From contig JACPDG010000066.1 of the NCBI GenBank assembly GCA_016184125.1, forward strand, positions 1,145-65,144: a stretch of DNA of 64,000 bases, in the 5' to 3' direction. Below, one piece after another: positions 33,216 through 43,012 of this stretch (position 1 is its first letter; every line of letters starts with the position of its first letter). The DNA is from Candidatus Rokuibacteriota bacterium (GTDB lineage Bacteria; Methylomirabilota; Methylomirabilia; Rokubacteriales; CSP1-6). The position numbers were made by a program, and so were the translations under genes. The notes below the pieces were generated by a model. It saw only the letters and a program-made list of their open reading frames with translations. It was not told where the DNA came from and did not search any database.

Positions 33216-35635
33216 ACCGCGGCCGGCTCGGGCTGCGGCTCGATCTCGACCTTGAAGTCGCAGCCCTCGCGCGCGCAGGCGCGGACCAGCCGGCCACGCG
33301 CAACCCGCTCGGTGATGAACGGCGCCTGGCACTTCGGGCACGGCTCGGCGATCGGCCGGTTCCACACCGCGAAGCGGCACGCCGGATAGGCCGAGCACCC
33401 GTAGAAGACGCGGCCGCGCTTGCTCCGCCGCTCGGTCAGCTCGCCGGAGCAGCCAGGCATGAGGCACGCGATGCCGAGCGTGACCGGCTTCGTGATCTTG
33501 CACTCGGGGTAACCGGAGCACGCGATGAACCGACCGAACCGGCCGTGCTTGATGACCATGGGCTTGCCGCACTCGGGGCACGTCTCGTCGGTCGGCTGGT
33601 CCTCCGGACGCTCGCGGCCGGACAGATCCTTCGTGTACCGGCACTCCGGATATGTCGAGCACGCCATGAACTTCCCGAACCGGCCCCAGCGCTCGAGCAG
33701 CGGGCTGCCGCACTCCGGGCACACCTCGCCGGTGTCCACGCCAACCTTGTGGTCCACCATCTCGGCGTGCGCCCGCTTGAGGTCCGTCGTGAAGGGGTCG
33801 TAGAACTCGCGCACCGTCTCGACCCAGTTGCGCTCACCCTCCTCGACCTTGTCGAGGTGGTCCTCCATCTGCGCCGTGAACTCGACGTCCATGATCTCGG
33901 GGAAGAACGGCAGGAGCTTGTCGGTCACCTCGATGCCGAGCTGCGTGGGAAAGAGCGTCCGGCGCTCGCGGTGCACGTACCCGCGGTCGTTGATGATCGT
34001 GCCGAGGATCGACGCGTACGTGGACGGACGGCCGATGCCGAGCTCCTCGAGCACCTTGATGAGGGACGCTTCGGTGTAGCGCGGCGGGGGCTGCGTGAAG
34101 TGCTGCCTGGGGTCGAGACCGAGCAGGCGCAGCAGCTCGCCCTCGTCCAGCGCCGGCACCTGAGCGCCCGCCTCCTCGTCGTCCACGGGCGCGTCCTCGC
34201 GCCCCACGGGCGCGTCCTCGCGCCCCTCGACGTAGACCGCCATGAACCCGTTGAACCGGAGCGTCGCGCCCTGCGCTCGGAACACGCACTCGCCCGGCCC
34301 CGGTCCACCGTCGGTCCGCGCCGGCGTCGCCTTGATGTCCGCGCTCACCGTGTCGTAGACCGCGGGCGTCATCTGGCTCGCGACGAACCGCTCCCAGATC
34401 AGGCGGTAGAGCGCCTGCTGGTCCCTGGTGAGGTAGCGTGTGAGGCTCTTCGGCTCACGCCGCACGTCGCTCGGACGCACCGCCTCGTGGGCCTCCTGGG
34501 CGGAGCCGCGCGACTTGTAGACGGGCGGGGTCTCCGGCACGTAGCTCGCCCCGTAACGCTTGGCGACGAGCTTGCGGGCGTCCTGCTGGGCCTCCCGCGC
34601 GATGCGGACGGAGTCGGTGCGCATGTACGTGATCAGTCCGACCTGCCCCTCGCGGCCCAGCTCGATGCCCTCGTAGAGCTGCTGGGCGACGCTCATCGTC
34701 TTCCGTGCGGTGAACCCGAGCTTGCGCGCCGCCTCCTGCTGCAGCGTGGAGGTGATGAACGGCGGCGGCGGAAAGCGCCGGCGCTCGCCGCGGCTGACCG
34801 AGCGGACGGTCCAGTGCGCGCCGTCGAGGGCGTGGACGATCGCCTGCGTCGTCGCCTCGTCCGGCAGCGACGGCTTCTCGCCGTCGATCTCGCGGAGGGT
34901 CGCGACGAACTCTGCGCGAGGACGCTCCGGCCGCCCCGACGCCTCGAGGCGCGCGTGCAGCGACCAGTACTCCTCGGGCCGGAAGCTCCCGATCTCCCGC
35001 TCGCGGTCGACGATCAGCCGGACGGCGACGGACTGCACGCGGCCCGCGGACAGCCCGCGCCGGAGCTTGTCCCAGAGCAGCGGCGACAGGCTGTAGCCGA
35101 CCAGCCGGTCGAGGACACGACGGGCCTGCTGGGCGTCCACCTTCTTCTGGTCGATCTTCCCGGGATGCTGGAAGGCGGCCCGGACGGCCCGCTCGGTGAT
35201 CTCGTTGAACGCGACGCGGTAGACGTGGCGCTTGTCGACGCCGAGCTCCTGGGCGAGATGCCAGCCGATCGCCTCGCCCTCACGGTCCGGGTCGGTGGCG
35301 ACGTAGAGCACGTCGGACTTCTCGGCGGCCCTCTTCAGGTCGTCCAGCACCTTCTTCTTGGTCGGCGAGATCACGTACTTCGGCTTGAAGTTGCGGCGCG
35401 GGTCGACCCCGAGGCTCGACTTCGGGAGGTCCCGGACGTGCCCCATGGACGCCTTCACGATGTACTTGGAGTCCAGGTACTTCTGGATCGTCTTCACCTT
35501 GGTCGGTGATTCGACGACGACCAGCGCGCGCCCGGCCGGCGCGGACGCCCGAGCGGTCTTGCCGCCGCGACTCGCGCCACGGCGCTTCTCGGTCACCTTC
35601 GTCACACTCACATCCGTCTCGTTGTCGCGATCCAT
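33212..35635 (-). CDS. topA: DNA topoisomerase I with Zn ribbons
   Basis: VVESPTK, DPDREGEAI, SAGRVQS, ITYMRTDS, GIGRPSTY, C4 ribbons. Confidence 0.97.
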   Translation of the reverse strand: MDRDNETDVSVTKVTEKRRGASRGGKTARASAPAGRALVVVESPTKVKTIQKYLDSKYIVKASMGHVRDLPKSSLGVDPRRNFKPKYVISPTKKKVLDDLKRAAEKSDVLYVATDPDREGEAIGWHLAQELGVDKRHVYRVAFNEITERAVRAAFQHPGKIDQKKVDAQQARRVLDRLVGYSLSPLLWDKLRRGLSAGRVQSVAVRLIVDREREIGSFRPEEYWSLHARLEASGRPERPRAEFVATLREIDGEKPSLPDEATTQAIVHALDGAHWTVRSVSRGERRRFPPPPFITSTLQQEAARKLGFTARKTMSVAQQLYEGIELGREGQVGLITYMRTDSVRIAREAQQDARKLVAKRYGASYVPETPPVYKSRGSAQEAHEAVRPSDVRREPKSLTRYLTRDQQALYRLIWERFVASQMTPAVYDTVSADIKATPARTDGGPGPGECVFRAQGATLRFNGFMAVYVEGREDAPVGREDAPVDDEEAGAQVPALDEGELLRLLGLDPRQHFTQPPPRYTEASLIKVLEELGIGRPSTYASILGTIINDRGYVHRERRTLFPTQLGIEVTDKLLPFFPEIMDVEFTAQMEDHLDKVEEGERNWVETVREFYDPFTTDLKRAHAEMVDHKVGVDTGEVCPECGSPLLERWGRFGKFMACSTYPECRYTKDLSGRERPEDQPTDETCPECGKPMVIKHGRFGRFIACSGYPECKITKPVTLGIACLMPGCSGELTERRSKRGRVFYGCSAYPACRFAVWNRPIAEPCPKCQAPFITERVARGRLVRACAREGCDFKVEIEPQPEPAAV
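34185..34226. repeat. 2 x 21-bp tandem hairpin in topA encoding (GREDAPV)x2
   Basis: Minus-strand unit GGGGCGCGAGGACGCGCCCGT. Confidence 0.9.
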
Positions 35636-36489
35636 CGTTGCCCCGGCAGCTGCCGGGCCCATCCTTCGAGCTCGAGCTGGAGCAGCGTTCGCCCGACCAC
35701 GGCAGCCGGAGATCGGCTCCGCTCGATCAGCTGCTCGATGTCCTGCGGGTCGTCGGGGGAGAGCATGGCGAGCACCCGACCGGCATCGTCCGTCCCCCCG
35801 GGCGGTACCGCGTGATCATTCGTAATACCACGGACCAGGCGCCGCCACTGCTCGGGCAACTCTGACACGACATCCGCCCAGTCCCGGATCAATATAGCAC
35901 CGTCGCGCAGGAGGGCGTGGCAGCCCCGGCTCGTCTCCGACGTCACCCGCCCCGGCACCGCGAAGACTTCTCTGCCTAGCTCGCCGGCGAGCCCGGCCGT
36001 GATCAGGGCGCCGCTGCGCTCGGCGGCCTCCACGACCACGACACCGAGCGCCAGGCCGGCGATGAGCCGGTTCCTCGCCGGGAAGTGGTACGGCAGCGGC
36101 GACGTGCCCGGCGGAAACTGCGACACCAGAGCGCCGTGCTGCTCGACCTCGGCCACCAGGCGTGCGTTCTCCGGGGGATACACGACATCGACGCCGCATC
36201 CGAGGACCGCGAGGGTGCGGCCTCCCGCCTGGAGCGCCCCCCGATGTGCCGCCGTGTCAATGCCTCGGGCCAATCCGCTGACGATCGTCACGCCGCGCTC
36301 GGCCAGGTCCCGGGCGAGGCACTCCGCCACCTGGACCCCGTAAGGCGTGGAGCGACGGGAACCGACGATCGCGATCGCCAGGGCATCGTCCGCGAGGAGC
36401 TCCCCACGCACCCAGAGCGGCGGCGCCATCGGGACCGTGGCGAGCGCCGGCGGGTAACCCGGATCGGATGGCTGGAGGTAGGTCGGCAT
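35608..36489 (-). CDS. dprA: DNA-processing protein DprA (short form)
   Basis: IAIVGSR, VSGLARGID..AH, FPARNRLIAGL, EA..RSGALITA. Confidence 0.92.
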   Translation of the reverse strand: MPTYLQPSDPGYPPALATVPMAPPLWVRGELLADDALAIAIVGSRRSTPYGVQVAECLARDLAERGVTIVSGLARGIDTAAHRGALQAGGRTLAVLGCGVDVVYPPENARLVAEVEQHGALVSQFPPGTSPLPYHFPARNRLIAGLALGVVVVEAAERSGALITAGLAGELGREVFAVPGRVTSETSRGCHALLRDGAILIRDWADVVSELPEQWRRLVRGITNDHAVPPGGTDDAGRVLAMLSPDDPQDIEQLIERSRSPAAVVGRTLLQLELEGWARQLPGQRWIATTRRM

Positions 36490-36560
36490 GGGGCTCGAGC
36501 ATAGCCGCCGGCTGGCGCCGCGGGAAAGACCGCGAACGGATACACCGAGACTATTGGTGT

Positions 36561-36726
36561 GGGGGGCCCCGACATGGCCCCCCACGCCCCCCAACGCTCG
36601 CAACCGGCCCGGGGAACCCGGGCCGGTGCTCGAGTTCTCGCGGCGGCGTTCTGGGGGCCCCGACATGGCCCCCCACGCCCCCCAACGCTCGCAACCGGCC
36701 CGGGGAACCCGGGCCGGTGCTCGAGT
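36561..36726 (+). repeat. two identical 74-bp copies of the two-hairpin repeat (copies g, h)
   Basis: 36562-36635 = 36653-36726, 17-nt spacer. Confidence 0.9.
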
Positions 36727-36739
36727 CACGGGCGAGATC

Positions 36740-37588
36740 CTAACGGGCCGGTGGGCTGGACGGCGCGCGAAGGAACTCGCGAGCCTTCGCGGCGGCGTCG
36801 CTCTTGGGATGGTCACGGACCAAGCGGCGCCACACGTCCGCGGCCTTCGCGACCTCTCGGAGCGCGCGGTGACTCATCCCGATCTTCAGGAGCGCGTCGG
36901 GCACTTTCCGGTGCCTCGCCCCGTGGTCGAACACCTTCTCGAACTCGGCGATCGCCTGCCGGTAGTCGCGCTGGACGTAGTACGCCTCGCCGATCCAGTA
37001 CTGGGCGTTGCCGGCGAGCGGGTGCTTCGGGAAGCGGCCGATGAAGTCGAGGAACTCGAGCACGGCCTGACCGTGCTCGCGCGCGCGGAACGTCCCGAGC
37101 GCAGCGGCGTAGACCTGCTCGGGGGACTGCGTCGACCGCGGTGGCGGCGCCGCACGTGACGGCGCGTCAGCGGGCGGCGGAGCGGCGCGCGGAGGGCCCG
37201 GACGCGGCAAGGCCGGCGCGGACGGCGCCGCGCTCGGTGGCGAAGGCGGCGGCGGAGTGAGCTGGTCGATGGCCTTGCGAACCTCGTCCAGCGCCGCCCG
37301 GTCCTCGCGCGTCGCGCGCTCGGTCGCGGCCAGGCGCGCATCGAGCCGGCCCACCTGCACGGCCGTGTCCGCCATGCGCGTTTCGAGCGCCAGCGCCTGC
37401 GCACCCAGCGTCCTGAGCTCGTTCCGGATGGCGTCCTGATCGGTGATGGAAAGCTGCCGGCCCTGGAGGTCTCGCACGGCGACGTTCAAGTTGGCCAGTT
37501 CGCCCCGGAGCGCCCGCACCTGCCCGCGTGTCGCGCACGCCTGGATGCTGACCGTGACCATCAGCAGCACGACGAGGCGGGCCTGCAT
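36740..37588 (-). CDS. cpoB: Tol-Pal system protein YbgF/CpoB-like lipoprotein
   Basis: Lipobox-like IQAC, coiled coil, Pro-rich linker, TPR NAQYWIGE, KVPDALLKIG. Confidence 0.8.
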   Translation of the reverse strand: MQARLVVLLMVTVSIQACATRGQVRALRGELANLNVAVRDLQGRQLSITDQDAIRNELRTLGAQALALETRMADTAVQVGRLDARLAATERATREDRAALDEVRKAIDQLTPPPPSPPSAAPSAPALPRPGPPRAAPPPADAPSRAAPPPRSTQSPEQVYAAALGTFRAREHGQAVLEFLDFIGRFPKHPLAGNAQYWIGEAYYVQRDYRQAIAEFEKVFDHGARHRKVPDALLKIGMSHRALREVAKAADVWRRLVRDHPKSDAAAKAREFLRAPSSPPAR

Positions 37589-37671
37589 GCCGCCCGGACC
37601 GTAGCACAGCGCGGAAAACGAAGTCAACCGAAGGAGCGCGCAGGTCGATACTTCGAGTCTATCCTGAAGTA

Positions 37672-38868
37672 TCAGGACATAAGCTCGCGAAGAACTAGAA
37701 CTTCCACGGTGTCCCCTGGCACGACGACCGTATCGCCAGGAACGACGGCGAGGCCATCGGCGAGGATCATGGACCGGAGAATGCCCGATCCCTGATCCCC
37801 GGTCAGCCTCGCTCCCCACTCATTGCCGTCGCGAGAGAGCTGGACGCGGAGGTAGCCACGTCGCGAGCCGGGATTCGGGATCCGGGCGAGCGCACGCGCC
37901 GCGATGCGCGGCCGATGGAGCCGTCGATGACCGGCCATCCTCAGGAGCGCCGGCCGGACGAACAGCTCGAACGTCACCATCGCGGAGACGGGATTGCCGG
38001 GCAGACCGAACACGGGCCGGCCGCGTAGCGACCCGAACGTGATCGGCTTTCCAGGCCGCATGGACACCTTCCACAGATGGAGCTCGGCGCCGAGGGCCAC
38101 GAGCGCCTCGCGCACGAGATCGAGCTCACCGACGGACACGCCGGCGGAGGACAGCAGCACGTCAGCCGAGAGCCCCCAGTCGAGGCGTCTCTCGATGTCG
38201 TCGAGACGGTCCGCGGCGACGCCGAGCACGATCGGCTCGACCCCGGCCTCGAGCACCTGCGCCATGAGGGAGTACGTGTTGGTGTTCGGAATCTGGCCGG
38301 GGCCGGGCTCGGTCCCGAGGTCGGCCAGCTCGTTGCCGGTGGACAGGATCGCGACCCTCGGACGCCGGACGACGCGGACCTGCCGGTAGCCGAGCGCCGC
38401 GAGGAACCCGATCTCGGCGGCGCCGAGCCGGCACCCGGGCTCGAGGACCACGTCCCCTCGCCGCACGTCCTCGCCGGCCGGGCGGACGTACGCGCCGGGA
38501 TCCACGCGGGTGCGCAGGCGCACGCGTGAGTCCGAGGCCTCCACGTCCTCCTGCGGGACGACCGCGTCGGCACCGTCGGGAAGCGGCGCGCCCGTGAAGA
38601 TGCGCATCGCCTCGCCGCGCGCGAGCGGCCGCGACGGCAACGTGCCCGCGATGATCCGCCCGACGACGGCGAGATCGACCTCGCCGGTGTCCTCGGCCCG
38701 CACCGCGTAGCCGTCCATCGACGAGTTGCGCCACGGGGGTATCTCTCGCCGCGACACGATCGTCTCGGCGAGCGCACGACCGAGCGCGCCTCGGAGGTCG
38801 ACGCGCTCGGTCTGGAGCGGCACGGTCCGCGACAAGATCTGTTCGAGCGCCTCTTCGACGGTCAGCAT
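37672..38868 (-). CDS. moeA: molybdopterin molybdenumtransferase
   Basis: SSMDGYAV, IFTGAPLP.GAD, STGNEL, GVSVG..D, PGKP, LPGNPVS. Confidence 0.95.
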   Translation of the reverse strand: MLTVEEALEQILSRTVPLQTERVDLRGALGRALAETIVSRREIPPWRNSSMDGYAVRAEDTGEVDLAVVGRIIAGTLPSRPLARGEAMRIFTGAPLPDGADAVVPQEDVEASDSRVRLRTRVDPGAYVRPAGEDVRRGDVVLEPGCRLGAAEIGFLAALGYRQVRVVRRPRVAILSTGNELADLGTEPGPGQIPNTNTYSLMAQVLEAGVEPIVLGVAADRLDDIERRLDWGLSADVLLSSAGVSVGELDLVREALVALGAELHLWKVSMRPGKPITFGSLRGRPVFGLPGNPVSAMVTFELFVRPALLRMAGHRRLHRPRIAARALARIPNPGSRRGYLRVQLSRDGNEWGARLTGDQGSGILRSMILADGLAVVPGDTVVVPGDTVEVLVLRELMS

Positions 38869-39029
38869 GGCTTTCTACTATCGCACGCCGACCCAGACGC
38901 TCGCCGAGGCGAGCGTGCTCGCCACCGTTCACCGCACGCCGCGCAGCTTCCACGCCGGTCCGCTCCGCTCATCTTCCTCACCGCCCCCGTCTGGTGGTCA
39001 AAGGATGAGGCGGTTGGGGCATTGACAGC

Positions 39030-39300
39030 CTGGAGGACAGTTGCTTCACGCCGGGGACCGCGAAGCGATCGCCCTCGCGGCGAGCCAGCCGGACTGCCTG
39101 TTGCTGATGGACGTGCGAGATGGTCGGCAAGTCGCCCGACGGCCTGGGCATCACCGTGCTGGGCACGGGGGGCCTCCTGGTCGAGGCGAAGAGGGTCGGT
39201 CTCCTTACGGCGGTGGCACCCGTGCTCGAGGAGCTGATCGCCACCGGCTTTCGGGTAGATCCCAGCACTCGCGGGCCAGCGAGAAGCCATGACGGCCAGC
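39030..39300 (+). pseudogene. DUF3368 (PIN-like) fragment
   Basis: LHAGDREAIALA...LLMD.RDGRQVAR, frameshift, LGITVLGTGGLLVEAK..GL. Confidence 0.7.
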
Positions 39301-39404
39301 ATGGCTCCCTACTCTATCGCACGGGGCACACGCGCCTCGGCGCGTCGCTCTCTGCGCGCGAACGCCGTCGCAAGTGCGCGTAACGATCAGCACGCCGACG
39401 GATG

Positions 39405-39481
39405 AGTGGGCGCTCCGAGCGCCGGCTTTGCCGGCGCAATCGAGGGGGATGCTCGAAGGGGGCCGCCGAGGCCCCCTTCGA
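39405..39481 (-). repeat. divergent repeat copy (i) / strong hairpin after actF, possible terminator
   Basis: TCGAAGGGGGCC-TCGGC-GGCCCCCTTCGA immediately after the TAA. Confidence 0.55.
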
Positions 39482-40609
39482 TTAATGGCCGGTGTGCGGC
39501 AGGTTCAGGACCGGCTTGAACCGGCTGAAGAACCAGCGCCGGGACAGCAGGAACAGCGCGAGGAAGCCGAGCGTGATCAGCAGTTCCTGCACGCCGAGCA
39601 GGCGGTTGTCTTCGCTGACCGACGGGAACACCACGAACACGCGCTCGAGGAAGATCGCGACCAGGCCGAAGACCGCCATGACGACGAGCGGTGTGTGTCG
39701 CTGCGGGGGCCGGCCGGTCAGGCGCTTGAGCAGGTACGCGAAGGGGATCAGCCAGCCGACGACGAGGATCACCCACGCGAGCGTCTGCCACGGCTGGACG
39801 AAGACGCGCCGCAGGAAGAAGCGGGTCTCGATCGGGATGTTGCCGTACCAGATCACGAGGTACTGCGACCAGAAGAAGTACATCCACACGACCGAGAACG
39901 TGAACTGCAGCTTGGCGACGTCCTGCACCGCGGCCGGCGCGATCGACGCCAGCCCGCGCGCGTTCGCGCTCACGGTCAGGATCGACAGCAGGCAGAACGT
40001 CGTGTAGAGCGTCGTCACGACGAAGTAGCCCCCGAAGAGGCCGCTGTACCACACGGGGTCGAGCGACATGATGAGGTCGAAGCCCCAGAGCGACAGCGTG
40101 ACGATCCACAGCATGAGCAGGATGACCGCCAGCCGGTTGCGCCGACTCCGCTCGAGCTCGTCGTCCGGCGGCACCGGGTCGCGCAGGAGCGCCCGCACGA
40201 ACGCGAAGCACGTGCCGAACAGCAGGGCGGCGAGGACGAGCGTGCGGCCCCAGAAGAAGGGCGCGTTCAGCCACGCCGCCTTCTTCGCGACCAGCGCCGC
40301 GATGTCGGGCGGCGGCGTCAGCCACCGCGCGTAGAGCACGCCTTGCCCGGCGATCAGCACCACGAACAGGACGAACGCGACGGGCAGGAAGCCGAACGTC
40401 GTGAGCGCGATGCGGCGCACGCTCGGCGACCATCGCGCCTCGGTGATCTGCATCATCGCGGCGACGGCGGGTCCCGTCGCCGCGAGGCCCGACCAGAACA
40501 CGAGGTTCACGAGGTAGATCGACCACGCGCGGACGGGATCGCCGGTCGTCACGCCGGCGAGGAACGTGACGGCGCCGACGGCGGCGATGACGGCCCAGAC
40601 CATGCTCAT
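39482..40609 (-). CDS. actF: alternative complex III subunit F
   Basis: Multi-TM NrfD-like; DLIMSLDP.WYS.LFG, W.Y...SQYLVIWYGNIP.E. Confidence 0.85.
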   Translation of the reverse strand: MSMVWAVIAAVGAVTFLAGVTTGDPVRAWSIYLVNLVFWSGLAATGPAVAAMMQITEARWSPSVRRIALTTFGFLPVAFVLFVVLIAGQGVLYARWLTPPPDIAALVAKKAAWLNAPFFWGRTLVLAALLFGTCFAFVRALLRDPVPPDDELERSRRNRLAVILLMLWIVTLSLWGFDLIMSLDPVWYSGLFGGYFVVTTLYTTFCLLSILTVSANARGLASIAPAAVQDVAKLQFTFSVVWMYFFWSQYLVIWYGNIPIETRFFLRRVFVQPWQTLAWVILVVGWLIPFAYLLKRLTGRPPQRHTPLVVMAVFGLVAIFLERVFVVFPSVSEDNRLLGVQELLITLGFLALFLLSRRWFFSRFKPVLNLPHTGH

Positions 40610-41112
40610 TTCGCGGCGATCGACCGCAGGAAGTTCACGATGTGCCAGGCCTCGGTCGCCGACATCGTTTCGCCGTACGCCGGCATGACGGCGCCGCCGG
40701 TCATGATGACGTGGTGCCAGTACCCGTCGGTGCGCTGCTTCTGGAACTCGGCGTTGGTCAGGTCGGGCGTCGGAATGAACTTGGTCGCGACAGGGCCGGT
40801 GACGCCCCCCTTGCCTTCGGGGCCGTGGCACGGCGCGCAGAACACGGTGTAGTGCTGCTGGCCCTCCTCGATGGAGGGCGGCGCCATCTTCACGGGGTTC
40901 GGCCGCTTCGCGGCGAGATCGCGCTGCTCCCTCGGGATCATGAGCTCACCACCCCGCGGCACGACGCCCGCGGGCATCGGGAAGTTGCGCTCGCCCGGCA
41001 TGATCCGCGCCGTCTGGGTCATGTTGTCGACGAACCGGAAGACGGCCGCGGCGCCGAGCAGGCCGCCGGACGCGGCCACGATTCCCAGGACGAGAATGAA
41101 CACGTACTTCAT
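40606..41112 (-). CDS. actE: alternative complex III monoheme cytochrome c subunit E
   Basis: CAPCHG, distal Met AVMPAYG, W.IV.F.R. Confidence 0.8.
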   Translation of the reverse strand: MKYVFILVLGIVAASGGLLGAAAVFRFVDNMTQTARIMPGERNFPMPAGVVPRGGELMIPREQRDLAAKRPNPVKMAPPSIEEGQQHYTVFCAPCHGPEGKGGVTGPVATKFIPTPDLTNAEFQKQRTDGYWHHVIMTGGAVMPAYGETMSATEAWHIVNFLRSIAAK

Positions 41113-41672
41113 CACACGCTCGCCCCCGTCACGAACCGCACCTCTTCGGCGCCGGCTTTCGAGAGAATCTCGTGCACCGACGGACCCCGCTCCGGAGGAC
41201 AGTGCACGGCGACGCCGAAGCGGTCGTTGGTGAACCGCGGATCGAACGCGGGCGAGGGTCGCACGCGCGGCAGCCGCGCGAGCGTGACGAGACCGATGAG
41301 CGTCGCGATGCCGCCGAACAGTACCATCAGCTCGAACGCGATGATGAAGAACGGCGGGATCGACGCGCCCCAGATGCCGCCGCCCGGCCCGTACTGCAGG
41401 AACTTGCCGCCCGTCACCAGCCCCCACTTCGCCGAGGTCCAGATCGTCAGGATGAACGCGGACGCGATCCCGGTCAGCCCGCCGAGCAGCGTGAACAGCC
41501 GCACGCGGCTGACCGGCCGGTCGCGCTCCAGCACGTCCTCGATCTCGTGCACCGGCACCGGCGTGTAGACGGTCACGTCGTGGTAGCCCTTCGCGCGGAG
41601 CTCCTCGAGCGCCCGGACCGTCGTGTCGACGTGTGCGAAGACGCCCAGCACCGTCTCAGTGGTGGGAGGCAT
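41112..41672 (-). CDS. actD: alternative complex III subunit D (DUF3341)
   Basis: YTPVPVH, GGK, FELMVLF, DPRFT.DRF. Confidence 0.85.
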   Translation of the reverse strand: MPPTTETVLGVFAHVDTTVRALEELRAKGYHDVTVYTPVPVHEIEDVLERDRPVSRVRLFTLLGGLTGIASAFILTIWTSAKWGLVTGGKFLQYGPGGGIWGASIPPFFIIAFELMVLFGGIATLIGLVTLARLPRVRPSPAFDPRFTNDRFGVAVHCPPERGPSVHEILSKAGAEEVRFVTGASV

Positions 41673-43008
41673 GCGCGGCGTCCTTCACGGGTGGCGGCAG
41701 CGTTTCCTTGACCTCGACGACGGAGACGGACGGCATCAGCTTGATGAAGCCGAGGAACAGCAGGAAGAACCAGGCGAAGCTGCCGATCACGATCGCGGTG
41801 TCCGTCGGGCTCGGCCAGTAGATGCCCCAGGCATACGGGTAGAAGGCGCGGCCGAGCGACGGGACGATGATGTTGAACCGCTCGAACCACATGCCGATCA
41901 GGACGAGGATCGACACGACGTAGAGGACCACCGTGTTCGTCCGCGCGCGCTTGAAGAAGAGCACGAGCGGCGCGACGCAGTTGCAGAAGTACATCAGCCA
42001 GATCGCCCAGGCGTACTCCTTGGTCATGCGCCAGAAGAGCGACGCGCGCTCGAAGTGGTCGCCGCTGTACCAGGCGGTGAAGACCTCGCAGAGGTAGAAG
42101 TACGTGAGGACCAGGCTGGTCACGAGGATCAGCTTCGCCATCGCGTCCAGGTGACGGTCCTGGATGTAGGCGTGCAGCCCGAAGAAGTGGCGCATCGGGA
42201 TGACGAGGACCAGCACCATCGCGAACCCGGAGAAGATGGCGCCGTTGACGAAGAACGGCGCGAACAGGGTCGAGTGCCAGCCCGGGACCAGCGCCATCGC
42301 GAAGTCCCAGGACACGACGCTGTGCACCGAGAGCACGAGCGGCGTCGCGAGCGCGGCGAAGAGCCCGTAGGCGCGCCGGTAGTGACGCCACTGCTCGTGC
42401 GAGCCCTCCCAGCCGAGGGAGAGCATCGCGTAGATGCGCCGGCGCCAGCCCGTCGCGGAGTCCCGCAGCGCGGCGATGTCCGGCACAAGCCCGACGATGA
42501 AGAACACCGTCGAGATCGACAGGTACGTCGAGATCGCGAAGACGTCCCAGACGAGCGGCGACCGGAAGTTCGGCCAGAGGTCGCGCTGGTTCGGGTACGG
42601 CAGCAGGAAGTACGCGAACCACATGCGGCCGGCGTGGATGAGCGGGAACAGGCCGGCCGTCAGGACGGCGAAGATCGTCATTGCCTCGGCGGCCCGGTAG
42701 ATCGACGTGCGCCAGCGCGCGCGGAACAGGTAGAGGATCGCCGAGATCAGCGTCCCGGCGTGGCCGATACCGATCCAGAACACGAACGTGGTGATGTACA
42801 TCGCCCACATCTGGGGCGTGCGCTTGCCCGCGGCGCCCATGCCGATCCAGATCTGGTAGGCCCAGGCGAGGATGCCGCCGGCCAGGATCAGCGCGACGAC
42901 GCTCATCCACGCGAAGTAGAGGTTGCCGGGCGGCGCGAGCGTCTTGATGACGTCGCGGTTGACGTCGCTGAACGTGGGTGTGGTCGCGGTCGTGCGCGCC
43001 TCGTTCAT
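41656..43008 (-). CDS. actC: alternative complex III subunit C (NrfD/PsrC family)
   Basis: FVFWIGIGHAGTLISAIL, NFRSPLVWD, TPLVLSVHSVVS, WFERF. Confidence 0.92.
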   Translation of the reverse strand: MNEARTTATTPTFSDVNRDVIKTLAPPGNLYFAWMSVVALILAGGILAWAYQIWIGMGAAGKRTPQMWAMYITTFVFWIGIGHAGTLISAILYLFRARWRTSIYRAAEAMTIFAVLTAGLFPLIHAGRMWFAYFLLPYPNQRDLWPNFRSPLVWDVFAISTYLSISTVFFIVGLVPDIAALRDSATGWRRRIYAMLSLGWEGSHEQWRHYRRAYGLFAALATPLVLSVHSVVSWDFAMALVPGWHSTLFAPFFVNGAIFSGFAMVLVLVIPMRHFFGLHAYIQDRHLDAMAKLILVTSLVLTYFYLCEVFTAWYSGDHFERASLFWRMTKEYAWAIWLMYFCNCVAPLVLFFKRARTNTVVLYVVSILVLIGMWFERFNIIVPSLGRAFYPYAWGIYWPSPTDTAIVIGSFAWFFLLFLGFIKLMPSVSVVEVKETLPPPVKDAAHASHH

Positions 43009-43012
43009 CGGG

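Noticed and set aside
36562-36726. Mini-CRISPR from two identical repeats
   Set aside because: The 74-bp units with a 17-nt spacer are copies of the dispersed repeat family.
36490-36816. N-terminal extension of DprA through repeats g/h (likewise ArgD through repeat f)
   Set aside because: The frames are open, but both genes have their own plausible start signals (-10 box before ATG 36489; AGGAG before ATG 29128), so they were not counted as bridging cases.
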